From IMG/VR virus record IMGVR_UViG_3300030019_000001: 64,000 bases of DNA; one strand, given 5' to 3'. Positions 18,878 through 28,259 of this stretch are shown here, one piece after another; position 1 is the first letter of the stretch, and every line of letters begins with the position of its first letter. The notes beneath the pieces were generated by a model. That model was not told the DNA's origin, made no database searches, and saw only the letters and a list, made by a program, of their open reading frames with translations. Origin of the DNA: a virus. Its lineage: Duplodnaviria > Heunggongvirae > Uroviricota > Caudoviricetes. The position numbers and the translations under genes were made by a program.

Positions 18878-19369
18878 ATGTTTGAAGAATTATTAACGAC
18901 ATCCATGACTAAATACATTGATAAGGTGTTTACCAATTCTTTTAAAAAAGAATGGTATACAACTTATTGGGTTATAGATTTGCATTCAACTGTAATTAAA
19001 CCAAGTTATAACTTGAATGATAAAACTATTGAGTTCTATCCTTTCGCAAAAGAAGTACTTCAAATATTAACTAATAGAAATGATATTCATATAATAATGT
19101 GGACATCATCATATCAAAATGAAATTAGTAATTATATAAAAGAGTTTGATAATAATTTTATACATTTTGATAATATAAATGAAAATCCAAACATATCATC
19201 TAATAATGGAAATTTCGGATTCTATGATAAGAAGATGTATTTCAACGTGATCCTGGATGATAAGGCAGCGTTTTTTCCAGATTCAGATTGGGAACCACTT
19301 TATAAACTATTAAAAAAATATGAAGAGGTTAATTATTTACCTAATCCAAAATGGACAACAAAATTTTAA
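18878..19369 (+). CDS. phage HAD-like protein
   Basis: VIDLHSTVI, IMWTSS, KMYFNVILDDKA. Confidence 0.6.
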   Translation: MFEELLTTSMTKYIDKVFTNSFKKEWYTTYWVIDLHSTVIKPSYNLNDKTIEFYPFAKEVLQILTNRNDIHIIMWTSSYQNEISNYIKEFDNNFIHFDNINENPNISSNNGNFGFYDKKMYFNVILDDKAAFFPDSDWEPLYKLLKKYEEVNYLPNPKWTTKF

Positions 19370-19377
19370 ACAAATAA

Positions 19378-19698
19378 ATGAGTTCAATTTTAAAATTCAA
19401 AAAAGGAGATAGCATAGTTAGAACAGAAAGATCACATGGAGATGATGGTTCTTATTTAGGAGAAGAAATGATATTTTTAGGAATACTTAATAATAGAATC
19501 TATGTTATATTTACTAAAAGTAAAATTTTTATGGATCTTCATCATGACTTTAATTTACATGAGTGGGCTGACGGATGGGAATACTATATGAATCCTAAGG
19601 CTTTAATTGATGATAAATTTTTAGATACAATTGGTGTTGATGTTATTGAAAAATATTTAAGAAGAAAAAAAGTTAAAAATTTAAAACCAAAAATATAA
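19378..19698 (+). CDS. hypothetical protein, RRKK tail
   Basis: FKKGD start; ends YLRRKKVKNL. Confidence 0.65.
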   Translation: MSSILKFKKGDSIVRTERSHGDDGSYLGEEMIFLGILNNRIYVIFTKSKIFMDLHHDFNLHEWADGWEYYMNPKALIDDKFLDTIGVDVIEKYLRRKKVKNLKPKI

Positions 19699-19877
19699 TG
19701 GAAACCGAAAAAAAATTATATAATCTTGAAATATCTGGAACAGATAATATGAGAATTGAGAGATATTTAACAGTTTCTGAATATGAACTAATTAGTAGCA
19801 TTTTTGATGAACTTCAAACAAAGTATGAAAGTGTTTATATTGAAGAAGGACCAATTGATTGGACAATAGGATTATGA
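19698..19877 (+). CDS. small acidic protein (not in ORF track)
   Basis: METEKKLYNLE.., 59 aa, coupled at both ends. Confidence 0.55.
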   Translation: METEKKLYNLEISGTDNMRIERYLTVSEYELISSIFDELQTKYESVYIEEGPIDWTIGL

Positions 19878-20098
19878 AAATAGGTGATATAGTAATTTGT
19901 ACTAATAATAAAGTTATGAATAATGATTTTCCACTTTTTAAACCATTACATATTATTTGTATTGGTAATAATGAAACTGCTTTTGAATTTCTTGAATTTA
20001 AAGATGTTGTTTTTATAACTGAATATCATGAATTTATAACATTATCAGAATATAGAAAACGTAAATTAAATAAAATATCAAATGAAAAAATTTTTTGA
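19874..20098 (+). CDS. hypothetical protein, GD.VIC start and RKxKL tail
   Basis: MKIGDIVICT..FITLSEYRKRKL. Confidence 0.7.
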   Translation: MKIGDIVICTNNKVMNNDFPLFKPLHIICIGNNETAFEFLEFKDVVFITEYHEFITLSEYRKRKLNKISNEKIF

Positions 20099-20375
20099 TT
20101 ATATCTTTAATATGATATGCGAGATGAGAATTAAAATTACTCTTTTAAAATACAAAAATGATACTGAATCATTTGAGAATGGTAGAAAGTTAGGGTATTC
20201 AAAAGGATTTATTGATGGTACAGAATTGAGAGCACAAAAATCAAAAGAAGTATCAGCAGAAGAATATAATGGATTAATTAGATATTTAGTTACTCATAAT
20301 CTGGAAATATATTATTGCTTAAATTCTCCAAGTGGTACTGGATTGATGATTAGACACAAAGAAAAAACAACATAA
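20082..20375 (+). CDS. hypothetical protein
   Basis: ORF in co-oriented run. Confidence 0.6.
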   Translation: MKKFFDYIFNMICEMRIKITLLKYKNDTESFENGRKLGYSKGFIDGTELRAQKSKEVSAEEYNGLIRYLVTHNLEIYYCLNSPSGTGLMIRHKEKTT

Positions 20376-20377
20376 TT

Positions 20378-20779
20378 ATGGGACTTGATATAACATTTTA
20401 TAAAACAAAGGATTCATATAAGGAAGTTACTCCAGTTATATATGAAGATGTAGAATATAGTGATGAACAAAAAAAAGATTCAATCATATTTGAAGACTTT
20501 GAGAAATTAGTAACAGAGATTTACTATCTTAGAAATAATTGGGTTCTTCTATCTTATTTGATTGGAGAGTATGGAATTATAAAAGATGATAAAGAATCTT
20601 TCTATAAAAATAATGAACTCAATGATTGTATTGTAAATATGAAAGAGAGCGATATTATAAACATAAAAAGTTTAATGAAAGAAAATAAGCATTGGACTGA
20701 TGAAGAACATGCAGAATTTATAGATATTCTTAAAAAAGCCATAGTAAGAAATAGCGTTTTAATACATATTAGTTATTAA
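20378..20779 (+). CDS. phage hypothetical protein (MGLD-type N-terminus)
   Basis: MGLDITFY..YYLRNN. Confidence 0.65.
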   Translation: MGLDITFYKTKDSYKEVTPVIYEDVEYSDEQKKDSIIFEDFEKLVTEIYYLRNNWVLLSYLIGEYGIIKDDKESFYKNNELNDCIVNMKESDIINIKSLMKENKHWTDEEHAEFIDILKKAIVRNSVLIHISY

Positions 20780-20797
20780 TAATATTATTTAACTTTT

Positions 20798-20834
20798 AAG
20801 ATACCACATATATTAATTATATGTGGTATCTTTG
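20798..20834 (+). promoter_or_regulatory. 14-bp inverted repeat overlapping a TATCTTTG promoter box
   Basis: AAGATACCACATAT-7 nt-ATATGTGGTATCTT then TG. Confidence 0.55.
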
Positions 20835-20872
20835 TATTCAATTAAGTCAAACAATTAAAAAACACTATAATT

Positions 20873-21253
20873 ATGTCAGTAGCAGTTTATCCACCAGAAG
20901 AAGAATTAACAATTGATACTCACCAAATAGAGTTTAATGGTATTGTTCGTAATATTGTTGAAAGGAAGCTTATAGAATATGCATTAAAGGAAGTGAGTGA
21001 GATTAACAATACTTACTTACAACCTGATTTGAGAACACACTTTTGTCTTGCTAATATATCTATGATAACTCATAAAATTTTTGGTGGTTATGATTATTTT
21101 AATGTACCAAGGACTAAGTATAAATTAGAAGAGTTTGATGGTATTTCAATTGGTTTAGAAGCATTATATCAAAATAGATTAGAGTTCATTAATTCTATAA
21201 GGAAATGTGATGATATTTTAAATTTTTTATTTTTTAACTTTAGCTTTAATTAA
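20873..21253 (+). CDS. hypothetical protein
   Basis: Intact ORF behind promoter box. Confidence 0.65.
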   Translation: MSVAVYPPEEELTIDTHQIEFNGIVRNIVERKLIEYALKEVSEINNTYLQPDLRTHFCLANISMITHKIFGGYDYFNVPRTKYKLEEFDGISIGLEALYQNRLEFINSIRKCDDILNFLFFNFSFN

Positions 21254-21359
21254 TAAATATAAATTATTAAAGTATTATTATTGTAAAGTTATGTTATTCA
21301 TTTTGTTGAAATTACAACAAGCGATACCATACTGTCTTGGTGATTTTATGATATTATAT

Positions 21360-21480
21360 TTGTAAGACGAAGTGGAACTACGATGCCATTGAAAAACGAT
21401 AGCAAGTTCGTCGCAGGACTAAAAAAATTAATAGGTCTAAGTTACAGAGGGATCCAAAAAAGAACTGAAGTATGCCATTT
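21360..21480. ncRNA. candidate small structured RNA
   Basis: GC-richer ORF-free patch with nested stems GAACT/AGTTC and GCCATTG/CGATAGC. Confidence 0.25.
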
Positions 21481-21510
21481 TATAAATAAATACCTGTAAT
21501 AATTTATAAA

Positions 21511-21550
21511 AAAAGATTGAATGATTACTCATTCAATCTTTTGTTTTTTT
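21511..21550. terminator. bidirectional intrinsic terminator
   Basis: AAAAGATTGAATGA-TTAC-TCATTCAATCTTTT between convergent genes. Confidence 0.75.
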
Positions 21551-21569
21551 ATACTTAATGCGTGATTAC

Positions 21570-21785
21570 TCATTCATTTTCTATACTAATATTTATTAAT
21601 TCTTCTGTAAATTCAAAACATCTACCACCGTTCCATCTAATATCAACTTCATTGTCATTCATCTCAAATGGAGGTTCCATAACAATACCAATTCCAATTC
21701 CTCTACCCCAACCATCAAAATCATTACTTATCCAGATTTCTTTATTTTTAATTACATTATCTCCAATTTTAAATTTTTCCATCAC
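21570..21785 (-). CDS. small SH3/KOW-like protein
   Basis: FKIGDNV..GIGIV..VDIRW. Confidence 0.6.
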   Translation of the reverse strand: MMEKFKIGDNVIKNKEIWISNDFDGWGRGIGIGIVMEPPFEMNDNEVDIRWNGGRCFEFTEELINISIENE

Positions 21786-21908
21786 ATTTATTATTTATAT
21801 AATCTTCTAATAATTTTGAACTTTTCAATATATTGTCTTCTTAATTCATGAAATTCATCATCTTTAATTTTATTAAAATTACTTAACATATACAGCAGTA
21901 ATCAAATT

Positions 21909-21948
21909 CGTCAACTTAAACTTGTACAATTTTGTACATGAAGTGACG
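21909..21948 (-). mobile_element. IS200/IS605-type right-end / reRNA hairpin
   Basis: CGTCACTT-CATGTACA-AAAT-TGTACAAG..AAGTTGACG hairpin at the tnpB 3' end. Confidence 0.5.
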
Positions 21949-23371
21949 TTTGAACTTCTTTTGATGAAATTCCTTGCCAGAGCACACTATTCTTTAAATA
22001 TTTAAAGAAATCGTAGTCGCATTTAATTTTAACTGGATTACACAGTTTAAACATATAATTTTCCAACCAAGAAAAATTATTATTTTTGTTTGATTTTTTT
22101 ATATGATTGACAGCACCGTTCAAATCAGCATTCATTGTTTTATTTATTAGTTTATCAGTAAATAAATCTCTTTTAGAACGAACACCATTTAGTTCTTTAT
22201 CTAACGGATCATTCACATTATCACTAATACATGAGCACTTTGATGTGTAAGATTCATCAATTATATCTACTTGAATTCCAACTTCATTACTTTTATATTG
22301 AATGTAATTTAGTAGTTTTATGAAAGGAATTTGTATGAAATTTTGTTTTACTTTTTTATTTAATTTACAATCACCATTATATTTTAATCTAGCTAGATTG
22401 TATGAAATTGTTAGATTGTTTACAGAATTTAATTTCAATAATTCAACCACACGTTTACTAACTTTATGAAATTGATCATAAAAATAACGATTTCTTTTTT
22501 CATAAATAAATGTCTTATATTTACGTAATTCTATTCCTCTTTTAGTCCACTTAACTGCATATTTAGTACCAGTATTACTGAGTTTAAATTCTATGACTTC
22601 TTTAGAAATTGATTCATTAAGTTTAGACAAGAACCTGTTGAATTTTGAATTATAAGTTTTAAAAATATTTCCGTCAACAATTATTGATTTAGATGTTTTA
22701 TCATCAATAAATATAGCTAATAAATTATTAATACCTACATCTATTCCTGCTTCTTTTATTAATGAATTATTTGTGTTTAATATATCTTCAGTCAAGTAAT
22801 TAAAATGTAAATAAACTTCTTTATTTGAGTAAACGACTTTAAGACTTTGTATATTATCTGGTAATATTTTATGCTTAAAATCAATATAAAACATTTTATT
22901 ACTCAAGTTGATTCCAATTTTATCCTTTTTCTTTATTGAAAATGCAATTTTATCAACTAGAATGGAATATTTAGTCAATAGTGATAACTTTTTTGTACAT
23001 GGAACGTTGGCTTTAACTTTATTTCTTATTTTAGTGAAAAAAGATTTATAATTTGATTTTACTCTTTTAATCAAATCTGAAATATTATGTATTTTAAGAC
23101 TTTTTGATAAAATAATTAATTCATTCATTTTATCATTTTCTTTATATTTATATCTAATAAAATCAACTTCATTTTTATCTTTACCTCCAGTAGTTTCCGC
23201 AAGAATAGCTCTCATTACTTTATAATTAGATAAAAAATTAAAATCATCCTTATTCTCTTTTAATATTATAAGATATAAGTTTTCGAATTGACGATATTTA
23301 AAAATATAATCAATTAATAATTTTTTGTATTTATCTTCTTTTATATGTAATATGAAGTTTCTATTATTCAT
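21911..23371 (-). CDS. tnpB: TnpB RNA-guided endonuclease (IS200/IS605 family), no tnpA seen
   Basis: GIDVGINN, FHKVSK, QNFIQIPF, DESYTSKCS, NADLNGA. Confidence 0.9.
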   Translation of the reverse strand: MNNRNFILHIKEDKYKKLLIDYIFKYRQFENLYLIILKENKDDFNFLSNYKVMRAILAETTGGKDKNEVDFIRYKYKENDKMNELIILSKSLKIHNISDLIKRVKSNYKSFFTKIRNKVKANVPCTKKLSLLTKYSILVDKIAFSIKKKDKIGINLSNKMFYIDFKHKILPDNIQSLKVVYSNKEVYLHFNYLTEDILNTNNSLIKEAGIDVGINNLLAIFIDDKTSKSIIVDGNIFKTYNSKFNRFLSKLNESISKEVIEFKLSNTGTKYAVKWTKRGIELRKYKTFIYEKRNRYFYDQFHKVSKRVVELLKLNSVNNLTISYNLARLKYNGDCKLNKKVKQNFIQIPFIKLLNYIQYKSNEVGIQVDIIDESYTSKCSCISDNVNDPLDKELNGVRSKRDLFTDKLINKTMNADLNGAVNHIKKSNKNNNFSWLENYMFKLCNPVKIKCDYDFFKYLKNSVLWQGISSKEVQTSLHVQNCTSLS

Positions 23372-23389
23372 TTAATTATTATTTAATTA

Positions 23390-24283
23390 TTATTTTTTTA
23401 TTTTAATATACTCATTTATAGATAGTTGACCACAAGATGCTCCAATTGTGAGTCCAGGAGGTACATAGTATTCATGTTTTATTCCTACAAGACTAAATAT
23501 ATCAACAAAGTTTCTAATTTTAGAAATGTTAGATGGTTCAGCGTCTATATTATCTTTCTTGTTATAGAATAAAAATTTAACATTATAACCTTTACCTTTA
23601 ATAAGATTGCTTAATCTCATAGCATCTTCTGATTTATCATTAACATTCTCTATTAGTGCATAATGTATTTCAACATCATTTCCTGTAGTTGCTTTATAGT
23701 AATCAACTGCTGCAATAGTTGGTTCAATTTTCATTGACATTGGCATCCATTGACTTCTTAATTCATCTGTTGTATAATGTAATGATAGATGCAACTTAAC
23801 AGGTAAATTATTCTCTGCAATTTTATTTGTCAATTTGAAAAACTCGATTTTGTGAGATTCAGGTAAAGATGTTGCAAATGCAAATCTAACATATATATCT
23901 TTAAGATAAGTATTTTGAATATTTATCATTGATTCTACAACTTCATCAACATTGGTTACAATTTCACCAATACCCATGGAGCTTATCAATAAAGTTTTTG
24001 GGTTTTCAGATAGTTTCAAATCATTATAAATATAATCAACTCCATTTGAAATCTCTAATGATGTTAGGTTTCTATTTTTAATTTTACCAATATATTCTGC
24101 TGTGTGACAAAATTTGCAGCCTATATTACAAAATGTTGAAACTGGACAGCAAATAATATTTTTACCATCATTCTTATTGATATAAGAAAATTCAACTATC
24201 AATTTATCTTCAGTATAAAAAATATACTTGATAGTGTTGTCTATAGTTGAATGTACTAATTTTTTTAATTCTAATTCTTTCAT
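23390..24283 (-). CDS. RlmN/Cfr-family radical SAM RNA methyltransferase
   Basis: CNIGCKFC, SMGIGE, LSLH, YALI..VND, ASCGQL. Confidence 0.85.
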   Translation of the reverse strand: MKELELKKLVHSTIDNTIKYIFYTEDKLIVEFSYINKNDGKNIICCPVSTFCNIGCKFCHTAEYIGKIKNRNLTSLEISNGVDYIYNDLKLSENPKTLLISSMGIGEIVTNVDEVVESMINIQNTYLKDIYVRFAFATSLPESHKIEFFKLTNKIAENNLPVKLHLSLHYTTDELRSQWMPMSMKIEPTIAAVDYYKATTGNDVEIHYALIENVNDKSEDAMRLSNLIKGKGYNVKFLFYNKKDNIDAEPSNISKIRNFVDIFSLVGIKHEYYVPPGLTIGASCGQLSINEYIKIKK

Positions 24284-24383
24284 AGTTTATTTTATTGTAT
24301 CAAAAATTATATGAAAGTTTATTATTAAAATGTTATTTAACCAAAAATATTTTGTATCTTTGTTTGATATAAAATTAATAGAT

Positions 24384-24665
24384 ATGAATAAGCTTGATTT
24401 AAGTGTAGGAGATATTCTAATATCATTAGATGATTGGACAAAATATGATTTAGGTTTTCAAAATCACACATTTATAAAAGGTAATAAATATAAATATGCA
24501 CATTATTGCCTTGAATATAAATGTTATACAGTAGAATCAGAAATATATATTTATTCTAATCGTAATTGTAATTTAGCCTTATTAACTGAAGAAGAAATAA
24601 TTGAGCATTTTGATTATAAATCAATTCAAAGAAAGAGGAAGTTAGAAAAATTAAATATTTTATAA
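24384..24665 (+). CDS. hypothetical protein, RKxKL tail
   Basis: ATG 24384 behind TATCTTTG(24355); ends QRKRKLEKLNIL. Confidence 0.7.
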   Translation: MNKLDLSVGDILISLDDWTKYDLGFQNHTFIKGNKYKYAHYCLEYKCYTVESEIYIYSNRNCNLALLTEEEIIEHFDYKSIQRKRKLEKLNIL

Positions 24666-24971
24666 ATTATATTTGTTTATATCATTTTTACATTTAACAA
24701 ATTCTTTATCTTTATCAAATGCTAATACATTCTTACTATCAATATAATATCCGTTAATATGTTCATCGTCATATAAATCAATTAGATATATTTGTCTGTT
24801 TCCTGATACTATTTTACTGTCAATTATTTTATATACATTATCAGTTAACATTTTCTTGTAAATATTACCTATATTATCATTGCTGAATTTTAGATTATTC
24901 ACATTAATAATAACATAATCTCCAACTTCTGCATATTCATAATTATTTTCAAATGTTTTAATGTGTTTCAT
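24660..24971 (-). CDS. doubly tagged cassette protein (array 1), GDYV type
   Basis: MKHIKTFE..NKYNL. Confidence 0.8.
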   Translation of the reverse strand: MKHIKTFENNYEYAEVGDYVIINVNNLKFSNDNIGNIYKKMLTDNVYKIIDSKIVSGNRQIYLIDLYDDEHINGYYIDSKNVLAFDKDKEFVKCKNDINKYNL

Positions 24972-25249
24972 AAATTAAATTTGTTTGCTTGTAGAATTTC
25001 TTCTAATTCTTTCTTATCACTTGACCAATATAATATATCTTTTCTATTTGTTAAATATATTGAATATGGATCAATATAATCATAATCTATTCTATATTGA
25101 TTAGGTAAATGATTTATTAATACTCCAATGTTGTTTGATATAAATTTTGCGAATTTACTATCCCATGTATTATTACCACCACAAATAACATAATCACCTT
25201 TTTCTGGTATATAATAATTAATTCTTTCAAATGTTTTTATATATTTCAT
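24968..25249 (-). CDS. doubly tagged cassette protein (array 1), GDYV type
   Basis: MKYIKTFE..NKFNL. Confidence 0.8.
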   Translation of the reverse strand: MKYIKTFERINYYIPEKGDYVICGGNNTWDSKFAKFISNNIGVLINHLPNQYRIDYDYIDPYSIYLTNRKDILYWSSDKKELEEILQANKFNL

Positions 25250-25539
25250 ATGTTAAATTTATTTGATTGTAATAATACTTCTAAATCTTCTTTGTTTTTT
25301 GATAAATGCATTATTTCATAATTGGATAAATACCAGTCATCTAATTGATTATCATTCAATTTTACTTTAATGATATATAAAAAACCACCCATATTTCTTT
25401 CTTTTGTTCCTATTATTTGATATACATGATTATTAATTTTATTGTCAATAAGATGATTCAATGTTTCTACATTTGGAATAATGTAATCACCAATTTCTGG
25501 AGTATTTTCAATATCTTCAAATTTTTTTAAGTATTTCAT
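25246..25539 (-). CDS. doubly tagged cassette protein (array 1), GDYV type
   Basis: MKYLKKFE..NKFNI. Confidence 0.8.
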   Translation of the reverse strand: MKYLKKFEDIENTPEIGDYIIPNVETLNHLIDNKINNHVYQIIGTKERNMGGFLYIIKVKLNDNQLDDWYLSNYEIMHLSKNKEDLEVLLQSNKFNI

Positions 25540-25847
25540 AAGTTGAATTTATTTGTTTCTGATTTAATCTTACAATAATCTATTTCTGATTCAGTCATTT
25601 TTTTAGAAATGAAATATATATTACCAGATATTTTTTGTTTAGTGATTAATGTTTCAAACACAATAAATATATTATCAATATCACTATTATTATGATTCGT
25701 CAAAAAATTCATTTCTATTATTTTTACAAATAAATTATCTTCAATTCTTTCTATATGACTTACATAATCAGGAATTATTTTTATTTTAACACAATCTCCT
25801 ACCTCATATTCTAAATTTTTATTTTTGAATGATTTTATGTATTTCAT
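25536..25847 (-). CDS. doubly tagged cassette protein (array 1)
   Basis: MKYIKSFK..GDCV..NKFNL. Confidence 0.8.
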   Translation of the reverse strand: MKYIKSFKNKNLEYEVGDCVKIKIIPDYVSHIERIEDNLFVKIIEMNFLTNHNNSDIDNIFIVFETLITKQKISGNIYFISKKMTESEIDYCKIKSETNKFNL

Positions 25848-26212
25848 ATATTAAATTTGTTAATGTTATTTTTAAGTTCTATTTTATATTTTAATTCTTC
25901 TATTGTTTTTCCAAATGCATTTATATCTTCATAATTAAATATTTTATTGTAACCTCCATAAGGTTTATCATATTGTAAAAATTTTTTTACATCTTCTGGA
26001 ACATCAAAACCATATGTCACACCTATTCTTTTATCATTAAAGGTACTATGAATTTTTCCAGGAAAATTAAGAAGATATTTTTTCAAATTAACAATATCTT
26101 TATCATCATAGTATCTTCTTAAATGATTAATAAATTTTTTACCTATTATAGATACATAATCTCCAACTTCAGGCTCATTTATATTATCTTCAAATTTTTT
26201 CAAGTATTTCAT
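25844..26212 (-). CDS. doubly tagged cassette protein (array 1), GDYV type
   Basis: MKYLKKFE..NKFNI. Confidence 0.8.
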   Translation of the reverse strand: MKYLKKFEDNINEPEVGDYVSIIGKKFINHLRRYYDDKDIVNLKKYLLNFPGKIHSTFNDKRIGVTYGFDVPEDVKKFLQYDKPYGGYNKIFNYEDINAFGKTIEELKYKIELKNNINKFNI

Positions 26213-26532
26213 ATATTGAATTTATTTGCGCTTATTTTAATTTTTAAATCTTCTTTATTTTTTGAAAATGCATATATCTCTTTATATTGAAAATTTTTAT
26301 AATATCCATGTTTTTTTGTATACCCTAATATTTCTGTCATATTATCAGGAATATTATCTCCATATGATATATTTACACCTTGACGATATTTTCCTATTGT
26401 AAAAAATTTAATTATTTTACCTGGATAATTAAGATAAAAATCTGAATTTTTATCATAACTAATATTCATTAAGACATAATCTCCAACTTTTGGGCTATCT
26501 TCAATCATTTCAAATTTCTTAATGTATTTCAT
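26209..26532 (-). CDS. doubly tagged cassette protein (array 1), close paralog of 26843
   Basis: MKYIKKFE..PKVGDYVL..NKFNI. Confidence 0.8.
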   Translation of the reverse strand: MKYIKKFEMIEDSPKVGDYVLMNISYDKNSDFYLNYPGKIIKFFTIGKYRQGVNISYGDNIPDNMTEILGYTKKHGYYKNFQYKEIYAFSKNKEDLKIKISANKFNI

Positions 26533-26846
26533 ATGTTAAATTTGTTTGCATCAATTTCATAATCTTCAACAGTTATTTCTATTACAGTCTCATTTGCTTT
26601 ATTTATGTTATTTGTCCAACTCCATTGATATTTTTTAGTATAATCATTGTATGTGTTATTTAAATATATAAATTTAAAATGTGAGTTATTCCAATATTGA
26701 GCGTATTTATTATTAATCCAATGAGATATTTCATCTTGTGTCATACCAATTTTAGTTATTGCAATAAAATATACTTCTAACGGATATGCTGGAATTTTAT
26801 AATGAATTGTATTATTTATTTTTTCAAATGATTTTATATATTTCAT
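26529..26846 (-). CDS. doubly tagged cassette protein (array 1), paralog of 62000
   Basis: MKYIKSFE..KIG..W..YEIDANKFNI. Confidence 0.8.
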   Translation of the reverse strand: MKYIKSFEKINNTIHYKIPAYPLEVYFIAITKIGMTQDEISHWINNKYAQYWNNSHFKFIYLNNTYNDYTKKYQWSWTNNINKANETVIEITVEDYEIDANKFNI

Positions 26847-27166
26847 AAGTTAAATTTATTTGATGCTATTTTTAGTTTTAAATCTTCTTTATTTTTAGAA
26901 AATATGAAGATATCTTCATAGTCAAAAATTTTATAATAACCACATCTTTTATTAAGTAATAATATATTTTTCATGTTATCAGGAATGTTTTTACCATATG
27001 ATATCATAACTGTAAACCTATATTTTTGTAGAGTAAAAAATTTAATAATTTGTCCTGGATTATTAGAGTAAAAATCATTTTCTTCATCATTATCAATTGA
27101 TATCAATACATAATCACCAACTTTTGGTTTATCTTCAGTATTTTCAAATTTCTTTATATATTTCAT
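26843..27166 (-). CDS. doubly tagged cassette protein (array 1 leader)
   Basis: MKYIKKFE..PKVGDYVL..NKFNL. Confidence 0.8.
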   Translation of the reverse strand: MKYIKKFENTEDKPKVGDYVLISIDNDEENDFYSNNPGQIIKFFTLQKYRFTVMISYGKNIPDNMKNILLLNKRCGYYKIFDYEDIFIFSKNKEDLKLKIASNKFNL

Positions 27167-27170
27167 ACTT

Positions 27171-27179
27171 TATATATTA
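27171..27179 (-). promoter_or_regulatory. TAATATATA motif, putative phage late promoter
   Basis: Ends 4 nt upstream of the array 1 ATG. Confidence 0.55.
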
Positions 27180-27252
27180 AAAAAACTTAATTAAATTCTT
27201 CAATTGAAATAATTGTTGTATTTTTGTGGACAATATTTAAAAAAGTAAAATT

Positions 27253-27777
27253 ATGGAATTCAAAGTTGTAGATTATAAGATATATTTTATTGAGAAATTT
27301 GCTGAACATTTCAGAGAAGTTGCGATAGTTTATGATTATGCATTAAAAAGTAAACTTTGGGCAGAAGATTTTGAAGGAATGATTGACTCAAAGTTTAATT
27401 GTTATAGCGATGCTCCTAATAGCATTGGTTGGAATAAACGTTTGTGGAAAACTGTTTTTGTAGGAGAAAAATTTGATATAAATGAGCTTTATGCGAAATG
27501 TAAAATTCCTTATGAAATTTTAGGAGGTAAAATAAAAAAATTATATAAAACAAATGATGTCACAGATGAAATAATCAAATCCCATTTCGAAATTATCAAA
27601 CCTGAAAAACCAAAAACTTATCCAAAATATAGTAATGAAGTTAAATTCAATTATGATAAAAAGAATGTCATAATAGAAAAAATGTACTTTGATGGATATG
27701 ATTGGCTATATAAATTGAAAAATATTGGACATGTTTATGATTATATATCTGAAAAAAACATTAATAAATATAATTAA
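27253..27777 (+). CDS. hypothetical protein
   Basis: Intact ORF. Confidence 0.7.
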   Translation: MEFKVVDYKIYFIEKFAEHFREVAIVYDYALKSKLWAEDFEGMIDSKFNCYSDAPNSIGWNKRLWKTVFVGEKFDINELYAKCKIPYEILGGKIKKLYKTNDVTDEIIKSHFEIIKPEKPKTYPKYSNEVKFNYDKKNVIIEKMYFDGYDWLYKLKNIGHVYDYISEKNINKYN

Positions 27778-28046
27778 GTTGTGAAAAAAATATAAATAGT
27801 ATTTTATTTTTTGGAACACAGTAAAAAAAATAGTAGTTTTGCATCATAATTAAAAATGATATGCAAAAGACTGAAGAAAAAAACAATAAATTATTATTAT
27901 CAGACTATTATAAAAAAGTATTTGATGTGTTCAATACAGATTTTATAAATACAGATTTTATTTATAAAGCAATTCAATCAAGAAAAGAAGTAGAAAATAA
28001 AATATGTACGCCTAAATCATAAAAGTATTATTCAATTCAATAAAAT

Positions 28047-28256
28047 ATGAACTTATTTGAAATGTTGTTTGGTAATAAAAAAAAGGATATAAAGAAAGAA
28101 AACAAAATGTACTATTGTGGTGCGGTTTGTTTTCATTCTGCTCTTTGTAAAAGATATGTCGGTTTTGCTATACCAACAGTAGGATATTTTAGTTCAAGAG
28201 AAGGTAATATTAAAGATGCTAAAGAAAAATGTTGTAATTTTTTAGAAAAAAAATAA
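28047..28256 (+). CDS. small Cys-containing protein
   Basis: YCGAVC..LCKRY..CCNF. Confidence 0.55.
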   Translation: MNLFEMLFGNKKKDIKKENKMYYCGAVCFHSALCKRYVGFAIPTVGYFSSREGNIKDAKEKCCNFLEKK

Positions 28257-28259
28257 AAT

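Noticed and set aside
23390-24283. Calling the radical SAM gene cfr (antibiotic resistance)
   Set aside because: Motifs define the family only; C2 versus C8 specificity cannot be read by eye.
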